DNA from: Moniliella sp. 'wahieum'
Taxonomy: Eukaryota
Direction of reading: 5' to 3'
Assembly: GCA_003971905.1 (NCBI GenBank)
Contig: RSEE01000110.1
Span: 1-64,000 of the forward strand
Length of the DNA stretch: 64,000 nt
The notes beneath the pieces are model-generated. The model was not told the origin of the DNA. It was given only the letters and a program-made list of their open reading frames with translations, and did no database searches. Numbering within the stretch: the stretch's first letter is position 1; the number at the start of each line of letters is the position of its first letter. Shown in pieces: positions 41,666 to 55,039 of the stretch. A program made the translations under genes and the position numbers.

Positions 41666-42377
41666 GGCGGCGTGCAAAAACGAGGTGGGGATGGTGTGGG
41701 TGAGGCAGAACATATGACCACCACCACCCAGCAGCCCAGGGGTGGGGGGTGGGTGCCGGACAAGTCACCAGCGTGGGTCTCCGGCGACAGCCGCCCGCAA
41801 GTGCTGCTCGATCCGTCCAAACGCCAAACGCAAGGCGTGGTGCGCAGCTCAGCTCGCTTATATTCTCCTCGGCGTGCTCGCGTATATATTGTCTGTGTCG
41901 GCGATCGGGGTTTGTGGTTGCCGGGGATGCGCGCGATGCGCTAATAGAGAACCTTTTTGCCATCCATTATTGCACCTGCCGGCGTTCCCCATCCATCCCC
42001 GAGATGCGCCCGGCACCCGCATGTGGGAGCAGAGAGCACCGATCGCAGGCTCGGTTGAGCAGGAGGCACTAGCACGCAGATCACTCCTCTTTCTCTGCTG
42101 CGTTGTATGCGAGCCACGCCAACTTCACTTCTTATCACTAACGCTTCCGTGGGGAGGAACCAAGTAATCGTGGACACAGCGAATGCAGCATGGCCTGGTC
42201 CATCGTCCACCACGCATCCGTGCATGTCCACTACGGCACAGGAGCACAGCAAGGGAAATCAGAATCAGAGAACGCTCCGTCTCAGATATCATAATTGCTT
42301 TTCCCTTCGAGCTTCATTTGGCTTCACTTGCTGCCAACAGACTCGTCCTTCTGCTAAATACTAGACTCCTCCTTGTT

Positions 42378-42960
42378 CTAGGGCTCCTTGGCCGGCTCAG
42401 ACTCCACTTGATTAGCGGAGTCCCCCACATTCTCCTTCCCTCATCCGCCTTGGATGCCAGGCGCGACTGCGGCAGAATAGTGTTCAATCGGCCTGATCAA
42501 TATGATCAATCACAAAGGTTAGCTTCGTATCTAGGAGCAACGAACACGAAGGAAAGCGAAAAACGTACGGTGAAGACTAAGGAAGCGTTGTTGACGCTGT
42601 CCATCGGCATCCACTTGGCGGGATTGCTCGATCCGGACCGACGCCTCGCAAGAGACAATATCGCCCACGTTCAACTTTGAACATGCTGAATCTGTGAATC
42701 ACCTTGGGTATAAATGCGGAAGAAGCTGCGTCTCGGCGAATCGCCTTGTTCAGGATGCTCGTTGGTGGCAACGGTGTAGAAGAGGTAGGGCCGCCCTTCA
42801 TTCGTGTGGCGCACTTCCGTAACCTTGGTAAGTTCCCCAATCACGTCGAGACGTGCGAATTGGTTGACAGGGCCGACGTGGCAAGCCCCCGCTGGAACGC
42901 AGCGCCGAGACGGGGTGCAGCAACACCTGTCGAGAGGGTGGAGCGGAGTGCGGCAAACAT
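42378..42960 (-). CDS. RIM1: Mitochondrial single-stranded DNA-binding protein (OB fold, Rim1-like)
   Basis: Presequence-like MFAALRSTLSTGVAAPRLGAAFQRGLATSA; FARLDVIGEL...GRPYLFYTVAT...SFFRI...LNVGDIVSCEASV; intron ~42493-42568; frameshifts. Confidence 0.65.
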
Positions 42961-43263
42961 GGTGGTGGTGGTGGAGGAACAGGAACAAGAGCGGGGACCA
43001 AAAAATGATGAAGTTGCCTTAGGAAGTCAGCAGTCAGCAGTCAGCGCTGAGGCTCAGCTGGGCCTAAACCTTCGCGCCGGCGGAATGATTGGGATGCCTG
43101 ACCATGACCATGCATGACCCGAACATGCTGGGCAGGGTGGAAGTACGGGCGGAATTGTTGTTCCACTTGGGTGATTTGCGCCACTAAACGTACTAAACCC
43201 TCGCTCCAATTTCCAATTCTGCATCCTGTGTCCTTCGCTCTTTTGCTTCTCTTCTCTGCCCGA

Positions 43264-43374
43264 GGCCTTCTCCACGTACCCCTGTTGGCTAAGAGCGCAG
43301 GTCCGGGCCTCTTGGTCATATTCCACCTTCGCTCCCAAGAGGTGGCTGACAGGTCCTCCGCCGTCTGTCACGAT
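43264..43374 (-). mobile_element. Ty1/copia reverse-transcriptase fragment
   Basis: VTDGGGPVSHLLGAKVEYDQEARTCALSQQGYVEK fits the copia RT segment DLG..S.FLG..I.......I.LSQ..YI.K. Confidence 0.65.
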
Positions 43375-44208
43375 AAGTCTGCACAGGCCGAGGAACATGG
43401 GTAAATGAGATTGGAACATGGATTGATGAGTCGACTGGATGAGCGGGTAGGGCTGGGGAGGCACATAGCAGAGAAGACGTCGCGGTTGTCGCGACAGCAA
43501 TTTGAGGCTGCAACCCACGCCTCACCCGGAGCCCTCTGAGTGCTGCTGCTGACTTGGCCAGCTTCTCCCTATAGTGCGCGCTCCCCTAACACTAACCTGC
43601 CATTTGCTGTGGGACTCACTGCTCTACTACGTTGTGGTGCTTCCGTCCTACGTCGCACCTAACTGTGGTTGCCGTATAATCGCTTCCCAGTTATCTTCGA
43701 ATACATTCTATACCTACAAGAATAACTCCCCTGCCTGTAATTTTCTACCAGTTCTGCATCGATGCCAGCCCCAACCAGCCAGTCGGTTAGAGAGCCTACA
43801 AGCACGCGCTCAAGCCAATCCTCCAACGCCCTCTCCGTCACGCCCTTCCCACACCTTCCGCCGTTCCCCCGCCACACGCTTCCCAAATAACAGTGTATAA
43901 GGATGCCGACGATGCAGATTATGACCATAGCGCCCTGTGTCCATACGAGCGACAGGAGGATACCCGAAGAAAGCGTGCACGAGAAAAAGTCCAAGTATGA
44001 GAAAATGACCCTCTTGTCCGGCAAGCGAACCCAAGGGTTAAGGAAAGGAGGGGAGGAGGAGGGAAGAATAAGGTGCATATGCAAGCACTGCATGACGCAC
44101 CAGGTCCAGCCCAGCGGGTCGTAGTCCATTGCATAGCATGGTGGGGAGAGATGGGGTTGAATAAACAAGAGCGAAGTGAATGAACGAAAGAGACCAACCG
44201 ACCGACGA

Positions 44209-47200
44209 TTAAAAGGAGAAGACACCTTTGGACCGGGTCCGCGACCCCCCAAACACGATAAAGTTGACTGCCGAAGCGCCAAACAAGCCCACACTCAACC
44301 CCATCGCAGTCGAGATGAGCGTTTCAGCGACCTGAAATCCGTTCTGGAACGTGGTGGCGGTCGTGGTAGAAGAATTGCTCTGGGCAAAAAGTAGTAGGCC
44401 TCCGCCGTTGCCCAACCCCGAAGGCAACTGGTACAACATCCCTGGCACACTCACCACAACACGCGTCCATCAAAGAAGCGACCATAGAGCGATGCCAGCA
44501 CACCCACTGCCAAGCTACTCAGCATGGCCAAAAAGTCCGAACGGTTGGACAATGCGGGCCGCTTGCCAGCAAAGTGACTCACCACCCAACCAATCGCCGC
44601 GATGGCTACCATCACGGGGAATTCTTTGCGGGTCGGCTTGGCTTGGTTGCGCAGCGAAACACAGATGCTGTATGCGGGTACCACGAGGAAGGCCCAGTAC
44701 AAACTTACCGTTTCCCGCCACGGCTGGCCGGGGTGGTCTTGCATCGCCTTACAGGTGGCCATGTTGGAGGGCAAGTTCATATCCTGGGACGAAACCAAAG
44801 TCCACATGCCGATCCGATCGAGAGTCCAAACCCTGGATCCGAGGAGGGGTTAGTACACTTGTCCACCCTACAGAAACAAAAGGAAAAAGACGGGTACGCA
44901 CCGAGAAGCATACTGTAAATGCATGCCCAGACCAAATGGACACTGCCAGCCATGACAGATTTGCTCTGCAGTTCCAACGCCGCCGTCAAAAATAGGAAAC
45001 CTGGTAGGATGAGCACGACGGCACCACCAGCCACGGCGCCATAACACCAGTACCCATTGCCATTGTTGAATGCGGCAGCAGCCACAAAGGAGGCGAGACA
45101 GGCCATCATGATTTCCACTCCGCTGGACAGCACGTCTGAGGTGAGGAATTGTTGGGCGATGACGACCAGTGCTCCAAGGGGTGCGGCGAGCAAGCCGTCA
45201 ATCAGTGACCCGTGGAAACCCATGTCCCCGACAGCCATCAAACCCGAGCACAAAAAGCCAAGGATGATCTGAGGGATGCGCCCAATCAAGGGTGGCTTGT
45301 GCATGAGTGCATCCAACTGTTTGCTTGCCTCTTCCACGCCAATCTTATCGTGAATAACGTTCCAGTAGATGGTGTGCATGTCGGTCAACTTGGCTACAAG
45401 CAAGAGGGTCAGCACCATTCGAAGGGGAAGAAGCAATAACGTACAGATATCCAGACCACCCCCCTGCTTGATGAAGCGAGTGTCGGACGTGCGGGTCATC
45501 TCATCTGTGAAGGAGAAGAGCATGACCGAGGGGAGGTAGATGCAGTGGCAGTTAACGTCCAGTACCTTGGCAGTGGATTGGATGTGTGACTCAATGCGAT
45601 GCGTCGGCGCGCCAAACATCATCAACGCGCGAGCCAGTTTCAGGAGAAAGTCTTGCCGCTCCAGAATGGCAGCAACGTGCAACGTGATCTGTTCGAGGTA
45701 AGTCAGTGGCCAGAACTCTCTATAGAGCGATGCGCCCAGCAGAGAGGTACTCACATAAATCTTTTCTCTCTTCCTGTGCTTGCGCTTCTTGAGCTTCTTG
45801 ACCCAGGCCCGGCGGGAGTCGGAGGTATCCCTAGCATGCTCCCCAAACGAGACGCCCAAATCAGAGCTATTGACCGCATAGGAGCCCGTGGTCGTTGGTG
45901 CACCTCCGTGATGAGGCCGGATCTGGAAATAATCCCCAAACTCGCTTGCCTCCTTAGCGTCCCCCCCTCTTGCAGCAAAGTGGCGGAAGATCCCGTCTTC
46001 CACTGAATCGACGAGTTGAGAGGCGCAGGCGTGATTTGTCCTGGTGTAGAAAGAAGGCTCCCACTTCCCATACGCTGATGGGGCGAGAAGGGTGCACTGG
46101 CATTGGCCAAAATCTTACGGTTTTGCTTGAGCGTTTTGGCATTAATCTCTGGAAGGAGGTAGCGCTGCAATTTGAACCCGGGTCGGCTTGGGTTGGGACC
46201 CAAGGTAGCATGGTTCGGACTCACAGCGCCGATCAAGTTGCCCGTGCTGGCCACCAAGGCACCAAACACACCTGCGCCATTGCGTGCGGCCTCAGGACGG
46301 TCAAATCCATCGAAACCATCATGGCCCATGATGGTACTTCCCTTGCCTCCGAGGAAGGAGAAACTGCTCTTCTTTTCGCTGGGGAAATGAAAATCACGCA
46401 TCTCGGGCGGAGTCGTTAACGGGCGGCGGACGACCCTTGGTGCCATGGAGCGAGGCGGCTCGTCCTCTTCACTGCTCTCTTCGTACAGAGGGGAGGACGT
46501 ATCCTGCCCCGGACGTTGGTGGGACCTAGCGTCCCTCTGTTGCTGCTCATAGAGAAGCAACAAGGACCCCAGCACGCCTCCCGGTAAGTTGGCGCGAGGC
46601 TCTCCTTTCCCCTCTCGCCGGTGGTCCAGGTTATGCGCCTCTAGCAAGGCGGCCGCACGACGTTGGTACTTGCTTGGTCGATAGGTGAGCTGGGCACCTT
46701 CCGAGCTACCATCTGCCTCGACATCGGCAGGTTGCTTCACACCAAACGCATCCCGGACCTTGGCCCAGCTTTTCTGTGCAGATTGAGGGGCAGCCGACTT
46801 ATCATCGAGGACCTCAGCCGACTCATCAGTGTCGTTGAGGTTGACATATTCTTTCGGAGGGGATTGGAAGGCACGGTACAGGAACGGGTCTTCCTCCCTC
46901 TGCACCGGCTGCATCTCCATCGCCTCGGGCGGGTCAAAGTGCAGGGGGCCGGGCTTGTTGGGCCGCTGCAGACTGGGCGAGTGGGGTGGGTGGGGGGTCA
47001 AGGGCGCAGCGTCGAGAGGAGCCGGGCGAGGCGGACCGAGGGACCCGGTCCCAGGGGAGAGGGCGTGCGTGACACCTCCTTCCCCTTGCCGGAGGAGGGG
47101 GGGGAGGCGTGCGTGGGGGGCACGAGCTCGGGAATGGGTGGAGCTGGCGCAGGTTGGCCGTGAGCTGAGCCGACCTGGGGTAGCTGACCTGGATCGGGGG

Positions 47201-47210
47201 ATGAACTCAT
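44209..47210 (-). CDS. PRM10: Prm10 / ThrE (DUF1212) family membrane protein
   Basis: ITLHVAAILERQDFLLKLARALMMFGAPTHRIE, VLILPGF...ALEL....MAGSV, GFGLSIG, MVSVPGML.QLPSGL..GG, GLSVGLF; several introns. Confidence 0.9.
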
Positions 47211-47895
47211 GCTGGGAGGTGGGGGCAAGAGGGAAGAGGGAGAGCGCACCCACACTAAGGAAGGGCGGGACGGGGGGTCCGCTGCGTTAATGAGGCTCTG
47301 GTATACATCGGCTGTCTCCGGCTGTGGCCAGCAAACGTGGAGGGGTGGGAGGAGTGGGGCGGCACAAAACACATTTTCTCTTCTTGTCCCTGGGCCCGCA
47401 CGGTGGGCACTGCGCAAGTGTGCGGCACGCGGGTGTCTCACGTGCATCAAATTTCAGTGCACTTAGTGCTCAGTGTTCGGCTTGGCACTCCCCCCGTCCT
47501 CCGCTGTCCTGCGCCCCCCACTCGCCACTTGCCACCGTGTGCAGGATCATCGATCATCATCCATCTCGATCAGGCCCACCAGCTTGCCGCCCGGCCGGTT
47601 GGTGCGTGGCTCTGGGCCCTGGTCCCGCCTGCCCCTCATCGATCATCCACTCTCCCCACAGAGCTGGGGTGCCTGCGCAGAAGGCCTGCTGCGCACTGTT
47701 ACCAGTGTTACCTACCCATTGTGTGCTACTGCCACGCCCCACCAGATCCACACACGCAAACCAAAGTTCGAGCCAGTCACGCGTCACGCACGCAACGCAA
47801 TGATCGGGTGTCGGGTACAGTAAGTCAGGCCTGAGCCTCAGGCCTCAGAGGAAAGAAAGTGGGCATGGGGGCAACGAATGAGGGCCCGCGATATG

Positions 47896-48773
47896 CTAAG
47901 CTTGGGTCCTATGCACCTCCGGCTCTTGGGGAAGGAACCCAGATGAGCCAAAACCAAAGTGGATCGGGGTCGGAGTGGCGGTAACTACAGGGATGGATGA
48001 AGGGGCTGCCGCACCAAAGCCCTTGCCCAAGAGGGGCTCTGGTTCTGGCTCTGGCTCAGGCTCGGGTTCAGGTTCGGTTGTAGGGGCAGGGGTGGACTCA
48101 GCTGAAGCAGCGATCCTGACGAAACGACATCCCATGACCCTGGAGTCAACCGATTGAGCCAATTGCTCGTGCTCGTCAGCAGAACTGTCCACGGCGTCGG
48201 ACTTCGGGGTAGGCTTGCCCTCGATAGCGTCCAGCTCAGTGTCCACCTCGATGAACTTGAGCACCAAGTCGTGTACCGCTTCCGGCACTGCTTCCGACAG
48301 GGCCAGCAAGAGCTGAAACGGGTTCGGGTGGACGCGTACGATGCGGGAAGAAAGCTGCTGCTGCAGGAAGGTAGGAGGCCTCGCCTTCCTTTAGCAACGT
48401 CTCTCCCTGCTGGGACTGAGACAGGAGGTAGCTCTCCAACTGGCCGGGGGAGGGGGCAAGAGACCCTGTTCAATTTCCCGTCGCACCGCCTTGACCTGAG
48501 CCAGAACGGCGTCCTTGAGGTGCTTCTCAGACTGGGCCTTTGCCTCGGCTTCCGAGCGGGCCTGGGCACGCCGTTGTTTTTTACTCTGCTGGTCCAGTTG
48601 TCGGCGGAAGGAGGTGGAATGGCGACGGCGGTAGTCAAAGAATCTGTGGCAGCAGGTCCCCGTCAGCGCGCGGCTCGCCGGCCTTACGTGAGAGATACGA
48701 CGTACAGCGCGTAGCTCGCCACAACCGTGGCGAGCGTCACGCCGGCAACGACGGCAAGGCTGGATGGTTTCAT
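47896..48773 (-). CDS. Hypothetical protein with an N-terminal signal-anchor and helical/coiled region
   Basis: MKPSSLAVVAGVTLATVVASYALY, then charged helix KKQRRAQARSEAEAKAQ, and EPEPEP repeat; frameshifted. Confidence 0.45.
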
Positions 48774-49161
48774 GCCCACAGGGCCATGCGATGGAAGTAG
48801 GCGAACGCGGTCGGTCGGGCGATGCGGAAAACTCCGCCTGGCTTGTCCGTTCGTGTGAACCCACGCCTTGTTGACTAGCGTGGCTGAGACGCTGAGGACA
48901 TGCGTGTCCTAACGGAGAAGCCCATGACATTTCCGCGGCGGAATCTTATCTGATCGCTTTGGTTTGGTTATACCCGGTAATGGACTCCATAGTTATACGG
49001 CCTCCGAGCGGGCGAATAGGATGTGAGGCTACATCTAACCAACAGTCGTCAGAGTGTATACTAGTCCACCGAGGAAGGAATGAGACTATAAATGCAAGTG
49101 TGCATAGATGCATATGCCAAGCGGCAGGCAGAGAAAGAGATGAGGTGGGGAGAGAGAGGGA

Positions 49162-50783
49162 TCAGCCAAAGAGGCGGAACCCCTCATCATTCGGCGCATC
49201 GTCCTTTTCTGGTTCCGAGGCAGACGAAGCGGCTCGTTGTCCAAATGGAGAGTCTGAGCGGCCCCGGCCAGCTGAGAAAAGAGTCGGTCGGTTTGGCCCT
49301 GGCCCCAGGTGGTACGAGGGATGGGGGGCATAAAGTGCAAAATTTTCTCGTGGGTTTCGTACCGCAACTTGCGGCCCTTGGAAGCCTTTTGGTCGCGTGG
49401 TGCCTTGGGGGCTTTGTCCCTTCCTAGGCCAGCCGGGGGGAGGGTGATTCCGGCCTCGCCCATCCCATTAGCCACAGCTGCCCCACCAGCTGCACGCGAC
49501 TCGATCAATTCACGCAAGAGCGAGTGATAAAAGTCGGTGTCGTCAAACGCATCCTGGCCGGAAGAAGAGACCTCCTCCTCCCCAGGCAAACGAACCCGCG
49601 CAGGTCCACGCCACGTATGTGCACGTTCGCGCAGGCGGCCAATGGCCTGCGGGTGCAAGGCACGTTCAATCTGCGCCGTGGCAGATTGGTTGATGGCTTT
49701 GAATCCGCCCGACGGTGCAAATTTGTCGGCTGCCCCACTGAGTGCAGGGTCCGCACGAGCACGGGACGACCATTTGTCGAGAACTTTACCATCATGCGCC
49801 CAGGCTGCTGACGCTAGTGGTGTCACATCCGTCAAGTGGCCCTCGAGTGCGTCTCTTGCGTCCGACAACGAGCTAAACTTGCGTTTCTTACCACGGTACT
49901 TGTCGGCGACGTCGGCCATGTTTTCGGAAGAGCCCCATTCTCGACATGAGTTCGGTGCGCAACTGAATAGCTCAGATGATACGTTGAGCAGTGCGCAGCT
50001 ACCTCGACCAATTTCCCTTGGAGGCGTCGCCGGACCCAGAGGCGGTCAGCAAGGAGAGCACGTTGCTCTGTATCATGGGTCAGCAAGACAACCCTTCACC
50101 AGCCAGTCACTTCTTCCATTGGAATCAAAGGTGACGGGCAGAAAGAAAAGGAAAGGAGGAAAGAACACGTACATCTACACCCTGCAATGGAGCCGTGACC
50201 TTTTGTGATCGGATACGCAGATCAAGCGCCAGCTCGTACGCAGCCGTTGCTTCTCCACGCTCTTTCCCCGCTTGGCGTCCTGCTCTCGTTGACTCGCCAG
50301 GCTTTTGGCCAACTTGTCCTCATCAGCTTGTTGGGCCAGGGTAGGCCCCTCACCAGCATCGCATCTTCGCCTTCGTTCCTCATCCCCATCTTCCTCCTCC
50401 TCCTCCTCCTCTTCGTCCTCGTCGTCCTCATCATCCTCATCCTCATCTGCCTCTTCCTCGGCTCCGACTCTTGTGAACTCGCATCCTCTGATGCGCTGGC
50501 ACCCTCCTCGTCTTCGTCCGACTCACTGCCCGCACCATCCTCCGAGCATCCCCAAACATCTGGGCAGACGTGGTGGGCACCCCCGCATAGCTCGTCTGCG
50601 GTCCCGACCTGCGCAATTTGGACGCCGAGTCGAGGTATCGCCATACGTCGCACGACCGAACGCAAGTCCTGCGCTCGCTGCTCTTTGCGGCTCGGCTCCT
50701 GCGCCGCTTGGGGCGACTGGGGCACCGACTCGTACTCGGATTCGCTCTCGGACGAAGATCCGGAATCGGCGTCGAGGCGGCAT
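49162..50783 (-). CDS. BFR2: Bfr2/AATF small-subunit processome protein
   Basis: Acidic N-terminal tract; VLDKWS, FDDTDFYHSLLRELIE, KASKGRKLRYETHEKILHFMPP, C-terminal GFRLFG*. Confidence 0.9.
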
Positions 50784-51124
50784 GGTCAAGGATGACAGTA
50801 GCGGTTGGGGTGGTTAAGGTCGTTGGAGTTGCTGGGGTTGTTGGGGTGACGCGGTCGGTCGATCCGGTTTTGATGAGGGAAGGGGAGCGGGAAAAAAAGT
50901 GGGAGCGTCTATAGCCAGCAGCGAGGCGGAAGGATCGGTGCAAAGGCCGGATTGAATATTGAGTACTCGAGCTTGCTCTCGTGTTTTTTATAGGGCCTGC
51001 GCCGTTGCACCGACCTACGTTTGGTAAGAGACGCTGGTTTGTGTCAAGGAGCATTTGGAGACTCGCAACCCTGCCCGACCTGCGCTGGACACGGGACGCT
51101 TGCAACGCAGGGTAGAACTCGACC

Positions 51125-52512
51125 ATGGCCACCAGCACAACGGGGACGTTTAGGATCATCTGTCGGCGCCCGAAGATGTATCCCTCGCCTCGTACAACTA
51201 CCTTTCGGGCCAAGCCCTGCCCGACGAAGATGCCGACATGGACGTCGACCGGGACGAGTTGGACGAGGCGGAGGATGGAGAAGGCGAGGCCAAGGCCGAC
51301 GACGCGTGGCGATGATGCATGCCAAAGTGGCCACGGCTGGTGAACATGTCGCTTCGTCAGCAACCTATATGCGGGACATGGAACGTACTTGGCACCTCCC
51401 CCGGTGCTCGTGCATCGGGACAACAAGATGCTCATGCGGAGGCTATGGCGGTTGATGTGGACGATGGCGCCGACCCTTCCCGTCCTGAAGACGAAGGGGA
51501 GAAGAGGTGGTGAACCTAATTTACTCTTCTCTTGCTGGTCCGGTGATTCGGACAAACAAACTTGTGTCGGTCCGGGCGCTCGGGCACGCTATGCGCCCGA
51601 GGTGGGCGATTTGGTTGTCGGCCGTGTGGTGGAAGTGCAACCTGGGAGCAAACGGTGGAAGGTGGATATCAACGGCCGATCTGAAGCTTCTCTCTTGCTC
51701 AGCAGCATCAATTTGCCCGGGGGCGTGCAGCGGAAGAAACTCGAGTCGGATGAACTGCAAATGCGTGCGTTCTTCAAAGAAGGCGACCTACTCGTGGCCG
51801 AAGTCCAGCAGTCAATCACGACGGCAGTGTTATCCTCCACACCCGCAGTCTTCGGTACGGCAAGCTACGGAACGGGCTTCTGGTGGCGGTCCAACCGCAG
51901 CTGATCCAACGGCTCAAGTCGCATTTTGTCACCCTCTCCAAGGCCCAGGTAGACCTAGTGGTGGGCATGAACGGATACACTTGGGTCGCGAAGCACATTG
52001 CGTTCGATATGGATCAGGCCGAAGCTGAGGGCAAGCCTACGGAAGAACCCCCTGGTCATGCGCAGGAGGCTGAAGGTCTCGGGGGGCGTGGGATCGGATT
52101 TGACATTGATGCCGGGGACGGTGTGTATGGCGACCAAAACGAGGTGAGTAGCCAAAATCCCCCTCCTCCAATGGAGATACTGACTTTTTTGATTGTGTAG
52201 TATACCCCCCCTGAACAAAGGGTGGCGATCGCTCAGGTGGCTCAACTCCTCGTCTTGCTCTCCGATCGCCACATTCCTATTTCAGAAACGATCGTTGAGC
52301 GAGCCTATGAACTGTGGACAAACCAGTTTGCTTCGCGCAAGTCCACGGGGGCAGTAGGACAAGCAGCATTTTACGATCCTGCGAACGATGCGGCATCCCA
52401 ACGGAGGGATACGCTTTTGGCTGCCGCACGGGAAGCCGAAGCATTGGTCGCTGGCCCAAAGGGCGATGAGTTGGTCCAAGGTCTGTATCGATCTGGCGTG
52501 CTGCGTGCATAA
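51125..52512 (+). CDS. RRP4: Exosome cap subunit Rrp4
   Basis: [24 protein letters not shown]...WKVDIN....[45 protein letters not shown]. Confidence 0.93.
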
Positions 52513-52627
52513 GAACCCATCCACTGTGACATGAAACCACGAGTGGGCTGCATTGGAGACATAGACATAAGACGGACAAGAAAGGGAACATGATGAGAAG
52601 GCAAATGGAGGAGTCCACATGGACGCT

Positions 52628-54932
52628 TCATGGCTCTGTCCGTACTGTTCGCCGGGCCGTTGCGGTGCCAATCTGAGTCGCATTGACCTTGGTAGCAAAG
52701 CGAAGCGAACAGAGTGTTTCGTTCTGGTGCTCGGCCAAGGGGGAGAGGTTGAGCAGCATGAGGCTTCAGGGGAGAAGGAAGGGAAAAGGTTAGTTGCCAC
52801 CTTGAAATGGGCGCACGGGGAAAGAGAAACACACGTCTTTGAGTTGCCTCCGAGCGAGTTCTTAAGCAGCCAAGTGAGCGTGAATTGCGATACGGCACAT
52901 GCTGCTCGGCCTTGGCGGAGCGGGAACCCGCTTTACCCAGCGCTGCAATCACGTCACCTAAGGCCGAAAGAGACTTGTTGATGCTCTGAGCCTCGCGCAG
53001 GCGCGCTGGATCGTCAGCCGAGCCTGAGTTGGACAGACGCTCTGAGCCTGCCAGGTCGACCAGGTTAAGCACCGCTTCCGTCTTTTCTGCCGTAGCCTCA
53101 TTGCGGCCTACCACAGCCAAGGTAAATACACTGTGGGAACGCGAGGAGCGGGCGTTCATGGCGGTAGCGGCGACTTGCCGCTTAGCCTGGGCTCTTGCCA
53201 AAAGAGTCATCACCTGGTCTGGGTTATGCAGTGCCACCTCTTCGGCCCCCACGACAATTGTACGTCCACCCTGACTGTCGTGGCGGATCTCGTGTCGCCC
53301 CATAGCCGATGCTGGATCGTCGGAGGTTGAGGAAAGAAGATCAATAATACCATCAAGATAGATCTCGACCATCTGGCCTGAAAGGTGTACTGCCATCCTC
53401 GGGCTTTGAGCTGATCGGCCACCGACCACAGCATCTGCACCGTTCGGGGAATAAGACCAGCTGATGGATCGGAGAGGTAGCACTAGTAGGCGAGCCAGAG
53501 CGAGGAGGACCTTCGAGTGTGTACGTCTTACCACTGCCCGTCTGGCCATAAGCAAAGATGCAAGTATTGTACCCGTCCAACACGCTCTGGGCCAGGTGTT
53601 CAACCTCGCCAAAAACATCGGTCTGGGACGCATGGGGGCAGGACCCGATCAAAGGAAAAGGAATGGAGAACGCTGGTGGGCGTACCGCTCGCACTCTCCC
53701 CCACGATGGCCACCTGCATTTCCCTTGCCTCCCGTGGGAAAGGCTCCGGATAGCGTATGTCCGCCATGGTGCGGTCCCCCGCGCCATTCTGGCTGCCAGC
53801 ATTAACAGCTGGTCGACGCGGGCGACAACTCGAATGTTACCGCGTAGCTCTTGGACTTGATTGTGAAGCTTTCGACGCAATCGCTCAGCCGCTCTCAGCT
53901 CCTCTTCTTTATCCTGGACCAGACGTTCTACCTCAGCCAACTGAGAGCGGAGGGAAGAAACCAACTGACGCTCATGATCCACTTCGTCCCGCAGACCATC
54001 CGCCTGGGATCGCAGCACACCCACTTGGGTCTCAAGTGCCAAGTGGCCTGCGGTTTGCTGAGCTAAAGCAGATTGAAGAGTGGAAATCGTCTGCCGCTCT
54101 CGCTCCAGCGCAGAGGCAGACTCGGAACGAACGCGGTCCAACTGGGCAGACCAATCGTCCCGGTCGCGCCGATGAGTGTCACGAAGTGCATCAAGCTGTG
54201 CCTGTAGCTGGATCTCACTGACGCTTGGCCCCGATACCGAGGGGGACGCGGATCCCCATTGGGCTTTGAGCTGGGCAAGCTCCTCCTCGTGCCGTTGACG
54301 GTCCTCTTCAAACCGAGCGATGAGGCCCTGCACCTGCCCCTCGAGAGCGTCAACGCGGTTTGCTCCTCGAGCACTGGCAGATGGTGCAGCAGTGCTAGCA
54401 GCCCTCAGGCTGCTGGCGGCCGAAGCCGAGACAGAGCGGGAGGGGAAGTAGTGGTGGGGCGTTTGGCGGGGCGACTCGAGGAATGCGTGGCTAAAGGCTC
54501 GCGCCGGGGCCCGAGACCGCGGCTGGCCTGAGTGCTGCTGCTGACGACGCGATTCGATTTGGTTTTCGGTTGTGGTTGAGTCTTGGTGGAAGCGGCAGCT
54601 CGGACGGGGTTCGCACGGCGCGGGGTGCGGGAAGAGGCGGGGGCGGGAATGCCCTTGGGGGCAGCAGCCGGGGGAGCGGGATGCGATGGCACAGGGAGAC
54701 GCGAGCCGCCAGGCATGATCCACGACGACTTGATGCACTTGCTCGACTCACTCGCTCAACTTGACCGACTTGATCGACTAGATGGCCTTGCTCAGGCTGG
54801 CCGGGACGCTGCGGAAGATACCAAACACGATGTGGGGGCACTTTCTCGGGCACACCAGTTGTTGCTTGCCTCTACGCGGAAATTGCATAGCGCGCAGCAG
54901 GTCACGTGCCGGGGTGCAGCGTGCTCCTGCAT
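52628..54932 (-). CDS. KAR3: Kinesin-14 C-terminal motor (Kar3/KlpA-like)
   Basis: Coiled coil then neck [66 protein letters not shown]; start codon uncertain. Confidence 0.92.
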
Positions 54933-55039
54933 GCTTACGTCATCCTGGCTACGTCCCAGCGTGGTCAGGTGGCGGAGCCAAGGAGAACGCGTTTCGTTAA
55001 TCGAGTTGATCAGAGCGTGATAAATGACACCATCCCCCC

